A stretch of DNA of 64,000 nt. Source: Octopus vulgaris. Its lineage: Eukaryota. Below the pieces are notes generated by a model. The model was given only the letters and a program-made list of their open reading frames with translations, was not told where the DNA came from and searched no databases. Below, one piece after another: positions 54,444-64,000 of this stretch (positions within the stretch are counted from its first letter, which is position 1; the number at the start of each line of letters is the position of its first letter). The translations under genes and the position numbers were made by a program. The stretch is taken from the NCBI GenBank assembly GCA_951406725.2, contig OX597824.1, positions 41,230,001 to 41,294,000 of the forward strand, read 5' to 3'.

Positions 54444-54619
54444 CCCCTCTTTTTTTATTTCCTTTTAAAGTGAGCATCAATCTAATACATTCACTGTGTT
54501 CGTCCTTTTCACTTTCATTGTTTGTGCTTTTAGTTTTGTTTATTTTTGATTTGCCTCTCTCTCTCTCTCTCCCTCTCCCTCTCTCCCTCTCCACCTCTGT
54601 ATCTGAGTGCATTTTTAGG

Positions 54620-54675
<56 letters not shown>

Positions 54676-55137
54676 CACACACACATGCACATATATATCT
54701 CGTATATGCAATTGAGACAATATTAAATTGAAACAACGGTCTATTTATCTTACCTAATACATACACACCGTTGATTGGCCTGTTACTGCAATATTTGTTC
54801 GATATAACATCCGATATGGACGTGCTGTGTTAAAAACACAATAAATATTGGAGGAAGATGAACAATCAGCCCTGCTGCGGCAAGTGAAAACGTTAAATAC
54901 ATTTTGGCCCTTTCAGACCTTCTCAACGACGTGTATTTGCAGCCAGTCACATGTTTAAGGGAGAATCCGTTGCCTCCGATACAATATCAATTCCTGTATC
55001 AGTCCATCCAGTGTTCGCAAGCACTTTGGGTAGCAAGCTGACGCTACAGGTTTGTGTTGGCTCCGGCTTTCTCTACGTTCGACCATGTGATATTGACTTG
55101 TTTCATGTCGGTTATGAATGTTTTGCATAATATAGTT

Positions 55138-55510
55138 TTCGAACTCCCTCTCTTTCTATTTCCCATCTAGTGGTGTTCAATTGAAAACTATCTTAGAATT
55201 CGACTGACCTACTAGTTTTACTCTAGGTTCTGTGATGATAATATCGTGTTATATCGCAATACTACACAGTGGCTATCTGACCTTCGAAATCCTCGTCGCC
55301 ACTTTTATATCACACGTTCGAATACCCTCTCTTTCTATTTCTCATCTAGTGGTGTTCAATTGAAAACTATCTTAGAACTCGACTGACTTACTATGTTTAC
55401 TCTTCGTTCTGTGATGATAATATCGTGTTATATCTTAATACTACACAGTGGCTATCTGAGCTACGAAATCCTCTTCGCCACTGTTATATCTCACGTTCGG
55501 ATGACCTCTA
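55138..55510 (+). repeat. 179-bp tandem repeat, 2.1 copies, roughly 90% identical
   Basis: TTCG at 55138, 55317 and 55496; the units align along their length. Confidence 0.9.
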
Positions 55511-56400
55511 CTCAACTCCTCGACGTCTAGACTTCTCCCTCTATGTCTACGTATTGGGCTAGCCTACTTCATCGTCTGGGGGTGGGGGCGTCCACACAAC
55601 ATATCGCCAAGTGTTCTGGTGTTGGCTCTCTTTAGAACGTTTTCATTTATTGTGTGGTCTTGCCTGTACTTTCTCAGAATTTTTATCAAGCATTTTGGTG
55701 GATCAGATCTAGCTTTCTGTCGATTTTCACAGTTCTTTTCCATGTCTCACTTTCATTGAGAACACTTCATAGAGTTGGATCTTCGTGTGTAAATCGATAA
55801 ATCGAGATTTAGGACAGCGTTCATTCTCTGGAATACGGTCGGTCGCGGGTTTGTCAATTCCATGGTTGGCATTAATTTCAATATCACCATTTTTTGCTGA
55901 TGACGCCATCTAGATATTTTGCAATCTTGATTTTTTTTTTGCTGATTGATCTTCATCATCGTTTTTGCTTTAAAGTCGTCAGTAAATAAAACATTTATTG
56001 ACGTTGTGAATGGATATACCGGATTTTTTTTTGTATTCAGCAGGACATTTAATTCAGTGCCCCCATCTCATGCAGCCGCTACAAACCGTGTCGTGCTCGT
56101 TTTCACCGTCGTCCTGACCACCACCACCACCACCACCACCACTACAGTTATTCTAATTGGCTGCTATTTTTGTCAGAATCTAGCTTAGCATGCCCCAATA
56201 CGCCAATACCCTTTCCATGCTGGGTTTCCCTCAAGCACTCACAGATGACACGGAGCCAAATATGCCTCCAGTACTTTGTCGTCCATTCATTCATTCATTC
56301 ATTCATTCAGTCGGTCAGTCATTTCTTTGTTTCTGTCTTCCTTTTTCTCACACATATTTATATAGGTATGTGTGTGTGTGTATATATATACGTGTGTGTT

Positions 56401-56457
<57 letters not shown>

Positions 56458-56460
56458 CAA

Positions 56461-56491
<31 letters not shown>

Positions 56492-56758
56492 CGTAGGACG
56501 CAGAGTGAAACCGCTTGGTACAAATTGACCTCGAATTCTGTCACGCTTGCACATTAAGTTATAACGTTCTCGTTCATTTCTATTGCTTATAGCAGTGCTT
56601 GGAAGTAAAGTGTGTAGAGTGTGGTCGTCTCACCACAACACAGAGGTTCTATCAACGTCCATGGCAGAAAAAATACGTGTGTGTGTATGTGTGTGTGTGT
56701 GTGTGTGCTTGCGCGCGCAGAAAGAGGCACGGCTTGAAGGTTATTATGGCCAAGAATC

Positions 56759-57013
56759 TTTCCAAAAATGAAATCCCACCTGGAAGAAACAAGATTTCAA
56801 GTCGTTGAGGAAATCGAAGAGACTGCGACGAGGCAGTTGCACGCTATCCTCAAAAAGGAGTTCCAAGAATGCTTCCACCAATGGAAACAACGCTGGATAA
56901 AGCGTGTGGCTCCAGAGGGGGATTACTTAGAAGGAGCTTAAATGCAAATTTGACATGTGTGGTAGTTTTCCTTTCATAGCACCAGTCCCGATATTTTTTG
57001 ATCAGACTTCGTA
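56759..57013 (+). mobile_element. Mariner 3' end (transposase C-terminus plus right TIR)
   Basis: 56759-56941 translates FPKMKSHLEETRFQVVEEIE...EFQECFHQWKQRWIKRVAPEGDYLEGA*; the element ends ...TTTTTGATCAGACTTCG|TA. Confidence 0.85.
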
Positions 57014-57294
57014 TTAAGCAAAGTGGATTCGTACATATCTTGTTGTTCCATTGATTCTGGGAATAAAGCCGAACCTGCATTTTGGGCACTGTATATGTAA
57101 CCCCACTCCCAGTGACCCATGGATGTCGCCTTCATTTCCTTGAATCTTTTGTTCAAGAGAGCGTGTCTATAATTTGCATCCCAGATAACAATGTCGAGCC
57201 AATTGAGTTTCAAATTGATGTTTTTTACCTTTCATTTTCCAAATAAACCAATCTTCTTTCGATCCATTATATCTTAATAATTAATTATTTTTTA

Positions 57295-57672
57295 TCTTCC
57301 ACTTTTCTCAGCTATTGGACTGTGGCCATGTTGGGGCACCGCTTCGAAGGGTTTTAGTCGAGCGATTTGCCCCAGTACTAATATATTTTTAAAGACTGAT
57401 ACCTCTTCTATCGATCACTATGTCAAACCGCTAAGTTACGGGTACATAAACAAGGCACATCGGTTGTCAAGTAGTGGTAACGGATAAACACTAAGACACA
57501 CACACACTACACACACACATAGATACAACAGGTTTCTTACAGTTTCCGTCTACTAATTCCATTCGCAAGTTTTTGGTCGGCCCGAGGCTATAGTAGAAAA
57601 GAGACCTACTCAAGGTGTCACGCAGTGGGACTGTGAACCCAAGAACATGTGGTTGCGAAGCTTCTTACTACA
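57295..57672 (-). mobile_element. Diverged SINE family B
   Basis: Colinear with 31017-31462. Confidence 0.8.
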
Positions 57673-58553
57673 TGCTTCATAGAGAGGTAATATCTTGAGA
57701 TATATTTTCGTAGCCAGTTGTGATACCTGGCTAATGTTAATAACTTTGGCTTTGTTTAACCTGCATCTGTTTGTTGTCAGTTGATGTTGTCTCTTGGACT
57801 AAGGGTACTTCGCTGGGTTGTTGGGTATGTAAGTGACAAATTAAGCGGAGTAAAAAAAAAAGGGACAAAATTAAACGGGGCAACGCAGGGATGTGGTTGC
57901 TGGGGTCAAACCCATTCCGCGTCCATTCATTTTTTTGTTTCTAATTTCTCATCCGAAATTATAATATATTTATTCATGTAATATCATTCGATAAGTCCCC
58001 AGTTCCATTTGTTCCCTGTACTGTCCCTTCTTTGTTTAAGCCCTGTGGTTTTAATAAAATCATCGTTGGGTTTCTTGGTTTTGGATTGTTTGGGTTTTAA
58101 TATTGCATATTCTTTCCGAGGTCAGTTTTGCGTGTGTTTGTATGTGTGTTGTCGTGTGTGTGTATGTGTGTGTATGCGCGCGCGCGTGTGAGTGAATGTG
58201 CGTCAGTGTGTATGTGAGTGAGTATGTGTCAGTGTGTGTGTGTGTAAGAGCGTGTACATGAGTGTTTATGTACGAGAGTGTTTATGTATGAATGTGCATA
58301 TGCATGTGAGAGTGTGCGTCAGTGTCTATGTGTGTGTGAAAGAGTGTGTGTGAGAGCGTGTACAGGAGTGTTTATATATGAGAGGATATGTGTATGAGTG
58401 TATGAGTGCGTGTGTGTTTGTATGTGTGTATGAGTGTGTGTATGAATGTGTGTGTGTGTACCTGTATGTGGATGTGACAGAAAGTGTGTGTTCGTATGTG
58501 AGAGTATGTGTGTGTAGTTTTCTCGTGTGACCACTCGTATGAGCGCCTGTATG

Positions 58554-58587
<34 letters not shown>

Positions 58588-59764
58588 TGTATGTATGTGT
58601 ATGCATGTATGTATATGTGTATGTATGTATGTATGTATGTATGTATGTATGTATGTGTGTGTGCGCGGGCGTCCGTGTGTGTGCGTGCGTCCGTGTGTGT
58701 GCATGCGTGTGTGTTTGGATACGAGAATAAATATAAATGCGTACCCTTGTGTATGCATGATTGTATTCGTCACGTAAACGAATGCGTATGCGTGTATATA
58801 TACATATATATACACATATACGTATGCATGTGTGTGTGTGTGTGTGTGTATGCGAGGGTGTGTGTGTGTGTGTGTTTATTTGAACATGTGTATGTTTGTG
58901 TCTCTTCTTTTGAAAGAGAGAAATAGAAAGAGAGAGAGAGAGAGAGTAAGAGAAAGAGAGAAAGATCAAGCAAGGAAATAAAAAACAAACTAACGAAACG
59001 AAAATGAAAGAACAGAACAAACAGACATACGTCATGTTTCCGCGCGTGTGTGCATTGCCGCTTGTGTTGTTATGTGTGAGTATGTGTTTTCAGTTGTATT
59101 CTAAGCGACAGATGGATGACGAAATGTAAATAGGATCCACATCATATTGATTGTATCCATGGTAACAAGAGAGACAGAAAGGTGTGATTTTTAAAAGGAC
59201 AGGTAGGCGTGCATATACATTTATTTATTTACTTTGGCAATAGTCGTCGTTGATGCTGTTGTTGCAATTGCTGTTGTTGTTGTTGTTGTTGCTAGTTATT
59301 TTTCCTGTCTTTGCCTATTTTATTTTTTACTGTTTATTATTTGCTGGCGGTTGTTGTTATTTTTGTTGTTGTTGCTGTTGTTGTTGTTGTTGTTGTTGTT
59401 GTACATCTCCAAGTGAATCTAGAGCAAGCAGACTTATGATTGAAGGCATTCTGCACATGACTACCCTGTCTGATTAGTTGTGTGTGTGTGTTTTATTTGC
59501 ACACGTTTTTTTTTACCCCATACGTAGATAGACGAAACAGCTTTTAACTGACTGCGAAGATTGAGAGAAAATGCTGCAAAATTAACTGTAAAAAAAGATT
59601 TGTCAATGCTTTAATGATCGGCAATAAAAACTGCGTAAATATTATAACAGAAAATAAGCAAGCAGAATAATCGAGATGCCATTAGATTGACACTGACTGA
59701 TCATCTTATGATATCAAAAGGAACTACAGCAAAGTCAGTAGCTACTGAGATTAGCTGAAAAGAC

Positions 59765-60275
59765 GCTTTAACTCCATCGGTTACAATGGCGATTGTTCCA
59801 GATGATCTGATCAACGGAACAGTCTGCTCGTCAAATTAACGAGCAAGTGGTTGAGCACTCCAGAGACACGCATACCCTTAATGTAGTTCCCAGAGATATT
59901 CAGCGTGATTACAGAATGTGACAAGACAGGCACTTTGAAATCCAGGTACATCTCATTTCTTGACAGCTGAGTGGACTGGAGAAATAAAATGCCTTGCTCA
60001 AGGATATAACGCAGCGCCGGGAATTGAACTTACGAATTTACGATCTTTGAGCCGACTATCCTAACCATTAGGCCATGCGCCTTCATTGAAAATATATAGT
60101 GCAGATTTTTTAGCTTGGTGATCAGAGTAATTGGACACATGACCATATCAAGGTTTCAATTCACAGGCGAGGAAGTGCATTGTGTTCTTAAACAAGGCAT
60201 TTAATTTCACATTGTTCCAGTCTACTCAGGTAAAAAACGAATACCAGTAATAGCTGAGGGATAACCTGTGTGAGA
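59765..60275. mobile_element. Old SINE C-related copy (-, 59765-60085) and an ancient CORE-type SINE (+, 60105-60275)
   Basis: The first part matches the reverse complement of the 47105-47486 tail and head. The second has a tRNA-like head plus TTGTGTTCTTAAACAAGGCATTTAATTTCACATTG. Confidence 0.55.
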
Positions 60276-60544
60276 TTGGAGCTTCGTTCTGTGGTGGTAG
60301 TATTGTATTGTCAGGTATTTGTATTTCAAGGGAAACTGTAGGCTCATGACAGACCTAAGATCCAATATACTAATGTGTGTGCAAGTTTGTATGCACACAC
60401 ACAATGTATTGTCCCGTGATGGTAAGATCAACAAAAAAAGATTCCATCTGGTGAGAGATAAATATTATTTGATAGACACAACACATGTTATCATGTTATC
60501 ATGTGCTACTAATAGTTTCAATTTTTAGTTCGTTATATGTGGTT

Positions 60545-60601
60545 TGTGCCTGATGAACATGTCTGAGTTATTTCTCAACTTATGAAACTGTTAGTAGCAC
60601 A
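60545..60601 (+). ncRNA. Type-I hammerhead motif preceded by an inverted copy of its 3' half (60462-60520)
   Basis: ugugc-CUGAUGA-[27 nt, imperfect stem II]-GAAAC-UGUUA-GUA-gcaca; 5-bp stem I; 60462-60520 mirrors 60583-60633. Confidence 0.7.
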
Positions 60602-60719
60602 TAACAACATGTATTATGTCTATTAAATAATATGTGTGTATGTGTGTGTGTGTTTATATACATATATATATATCCGGGATACTCTTAAGATCAGGGGCAT
60701 TTATAGTACCACTCGGGTC

Positions 60720-60768
<49 letters not shown>

Positions 60769-60774
<6 letters not shown>

Positions 60775-61032
60775 TGACGACAACGTAACCTTCATTTAAC
60801 TAAGATATCTTCAGCTTCATGAGGTAGCTTACCCCTCGTTGAGTAATTACTACTTCCAAATATATACATCCAAAACGGGTGAAATCCAGAGGCTACATAT
60901 GTTTCCTAGCTAGCAGAAGCCTGGAAGTAGTAATTACTCAACGAGGGGTAAGCTACCTCATGAAGCTGAAGATATCTTAGTTAAATGAAGGTTACGCTGT
61001 CGTCAAGAGATCCCAAGTTAACTCGCAGAAGA
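60769..61032 (-). mobile_element. Hammerhead element of the 19280-19440 family, with a 90-bp inverted duplication next to (TA)n
   Basis: 60769-60858 vs 60922-61011, 1 mismatch. The minus strand keeps GAAAC-AUAU-GUA-gccu (60890-60905) but has a decayed CUUCAUGA core. Confidence 0.8.
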
Positions 61033-61599
61033 TTTGATCGAACACCTGGATCCTTGGATCTTACCATTACATATCGTTATAGATATAACGAGCAAAACGC
61101 CCCTCGTCCAATGGACGGTACTGAGTTGTCAAACATTTAAACCAAATATCCTCAAAACAACTTGTCCGACCATCCCATAGGCATCCCCTTTGAGAAACAC
61201 TGATTTAACCTAAATTTGAGACACCAGCAAAAGAAGAAATAAATATAGACTTTTTTCTATTCCAAAGAAAAACGATTTTATTCACACAAATATGCAACCG
61301 AAGAGTTTAAAGTATTAGTAATGATAAGGCTGTTGACTGGGAGAACACAAACATGGTTTAAACAGTAAACTTGGCAGGAAAGAAACGTGCCTTTAAGCAG
61401 TACGAAAACAACAAAAAAGTTGCAGTTATGTACAGGTTGACGGAAGAAAAGCAGGACAAAAACGATGCAAGCAAATGAGTTAGCTGGAGGTAAATCTAGA
61501 TGGAAAAGCATGATGATTTTTTTGCGCAAACTGCACGTGCATTTTTCTCGCGTACGCGTAGTATCGATCGCAAAAGCTTTATCGATCGCATTCTTACCT

Positions 61600-61752
61600 T
61601 GAATCGATTTTTGTCATTTTTTCAAGACTTATACATGCCCTGATACCGTCGGTATCTGCATATAAAATTTGAGCGCAATCGGATGGAGAATGCCCGAGAT
61701 CCTAGAAGACACACACACACACAGACAGACAGATCAGATTTTATATAATAGA
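61600..61752 (-). mobile_element. Helitron-like 5' end, second family
   Basis: Minus A|TCTATTATATAAAA plus (TGTC)n/(TG)n plus CCGATT...AAATTT, the same layout as the 20749 terminus; the 3' end was not found. Confidence 0.55.
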
Positions 61753-61753
61753 T

Positions 61754-61797
<44 letters not shown>

Positions 61798-63283
61798 AAC
61801 GGAGAATATCAAGAAACATTTTTAGAAGAGAAAACGTTTTTTTTTATGGCCACAAGTATACAGGAGACGAACATCAGAAAACTGGTCCAAAGATACATGG
61901 AGTGGATGAGACAAAGATTTTCATGTTTGTAAGTGTTAGATTGAAATATGTTAGAGGCAGGCCATACGAAGGAAGACATGTTGCCTGAGTGATAATTCTC
62001 GCAATCCACCTACAGGAAAAGCATTATGCTTTTCCTGTAATATAAACACAAAAGCTTTGCAATTATTTCCGGAGAGAAAATCTAACACGATAAATCTCGT
62101 CTGCTAGCTTAATGTATATCTACATCTTTATATTACACATTTTTTCTGTATTAGATAGGAGTTTAATGGAATATGGGCTGATTTTTACACATTTTAATTA
62201 AAACATCTTTTTGCATGTTGTTTCCTGCAAACTTAGTCAGATACTAACATTTTGATCAATCTTGCAAAATTAATTGTATAAATTCTCTCTGAATTACATT
62301 AATGAAATCACTCCTCACTATTCCTCCCTATCTGCCAGTCTTTCCTCGTAATATCAATACAGTGATGTTCGTGTTTTAATTATCTCCACAGCCAATATTT
62401 ATTTACAAAAATGTAAAGAAAAAGGAAGAGAAGTAACCTTCCTGCTGCCAAATTACTAATCGAGTACATCTTAACATGTTTTATCTACATCTGTCGGTAT
62501 CTATCAATCGTAAAAACATATGTTTGCCTCTCTCTGTCGCTATCTATCACTGGAAGTCCATCAGTCTGTCTCCCGATTGGTGTGTTGATTGGCTTTTCTG
62601 ATCGTCTGCCTCCCTGTACTTTGCTTGATGTTAGAAGGTACTTCCTGGAGTGTGAATAGGTAGGTATTGCTTGCGATTAAAGGCTGGGTGCACTTGGATA
62701 ACTAAAGGGGAGTTACGAATAAAGATGAAAAAAAAATGATGGTGATGATATCGATGATAAAGGTCATAATGATGATGATGATGTAGATGCTCTTGATGTT
62801 GAGGAGGAAAAGTATAGTTGCCATAAGACCATGTAAACAAAAGAATTTAAAGACTGTTTTTATCACATTTGTATGTGGAATGTTAGGTTGTCATATATTA
62901 TTTAAATCTTTGATCCAAGAGTTGTCTGTCTTTACCAGTCTGATCCGCTTCGCTTGTTCCAAGATCGCCTACGGGCAATATAAGCTAGTATTGTAGGATA
63001 ACAAAACACACACACACACAAAGAAAGGCTAAGTTCACCTCGATGAGAGTTGAACTTTGAGCCACAAAATCAAGTATTCTGGGCTGAATTCTTAACCACT
63101 CTGATACTTCGCTGCCTTGTTACATACGCTTTCTTATCAATAAGAGTGTTGTGGGCTGTGATTAAAAAGCTTACTTTGCAATAACATGGTTTCAGTTTCA
63201 ATCTCGCTGTGCGGCTAACCAAAGCCTTGTGAGTCAAATTTCTTTGACGGAAACTGTGTGGAAGCCCGCTGTATATATGTATA

Positions 63284-63321
<38 letters not shown>

Positions 63322-63407
63322 GTGTGTGTGTGTATATGTGACTGCGTGTGTACCGTTGGCGATTTTTTTCCTCCGTCTTGCCTTCCTTGGATCTTTCCTG
63401 TTCCTAT

Positions 63408-63442
63408 GTTTCTGACGAAGAGCTCCGCTCGAAACGTTAAAT
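63408..63442 (+). ncRNA. Minimal hammerhead ribozyme in (TA)-flanked element 63345-63548
   Basis: guuu-CUGACGA-a-GAGC(ucc)GCUC-GAAAC-GUU-aaau: intact core, perfect stem II, loopless palindromic stem III. Confidence 0.75.
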
Positions 63443-63707
63443 CCTCATTCTTTCTTTCCTTTCCTGAGCGTCCAATAACATTATACTTGTTCCACGTCCC
63501 CACGTTGTTGTGTTTTCTCTTTGTGTTTTCATGTTTGGATTAACACTATATATATATATCACGGCCAACAAAACTCTTATTAATAAGAAAACGTGTGTAA
63601 CAAGGTAGCGAATTTTTCAGAGTGGTTAGAAATTCGACCCGAATACTTGATTTGGTGACTCAAAGTCAAAATCTCACCGAGGTCAACTTAGCCTTTCTAT
63701 TTTCTTT

Positions 63708-63745
<38 letters not shown>

Positions 63746-64000
63746 GCTATGTTACAATTCTAGCTTATTTTGCTCGTAGGCGGGGTTGATTTGTCGTGGA
63801 TAATTTCGTATGCAGAACCATTACTAATTTGCAGAGGACATGCTCTTCGTCGATATTCACCCGACGGTTCATCAGTACCATTTCTGAAGCCGGTTGAATT
63901 ATCACGTCAGTGGTGGAGGTTGAGGGCGTTCTGCTTCCTCTTCATGATTCACGCTCTACTCATACACACTTCTACGCAGTAGAGCCCTGTCCTCGTATTG

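Noticed and set aside
55232-55280. Box C (GTGATGA) and box D (CTGA) in each 179-bp unit
   Set aside because: They are only ~50 nt apart, the terminal stem is not conserved between copies, and I recognise no rRNA complementarity.
57015-57213. Minus ORF KLNWLDIVIW...
   Set aside because: At best a faint LINE-like scrap; it overlaps the mariner TIR and has no clear motif.
63845-63880. Minus-strand CUGAUGA-ACC(GUCG)GGU-GAAU
   Set aside because: Stem II is good, but it has GAAU instead of GAAA, no NUH site and no stem I partner.

Overview
AT-rich, microsatellite-saturated animal DNA. It is most likely an octopus or other coleoid cephalopod; this is inferred from tRNA-derived SINE families resembling the described octopus SINEs. 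I find no supportable host protein-coding gene, and almost all track ORFs are translated simple repeats. The window is a transposon patchwork: three abundant SINE families (here called A, B, C), R4/Dong-type and Tx1/L1-type LINE relics, a complete 960-bp non-autonomous Helitron carrying an open Pif1-helicase C-terminus, a mariner 3' end, hAT and Tc1/pogo MITEs, and a small TIR element filled with TTAGGG repeats. The main unexpected signal is a high density of type-I hammerhead ribozyme motifs: about 10 near-complete ones plus several halves in 64 kb. Most have very short or palindromic stem III of the Penelope/retrozyme type. They sit in short non-coding elements of several families, usually in or next to (TA)n tracts, and are often accompanied by long inverted duplications whose breakpoints fall inside the ribozyme. 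All structures were folded by eye, and repeat boundaries are approximate unless termini or TSDs are quoted.
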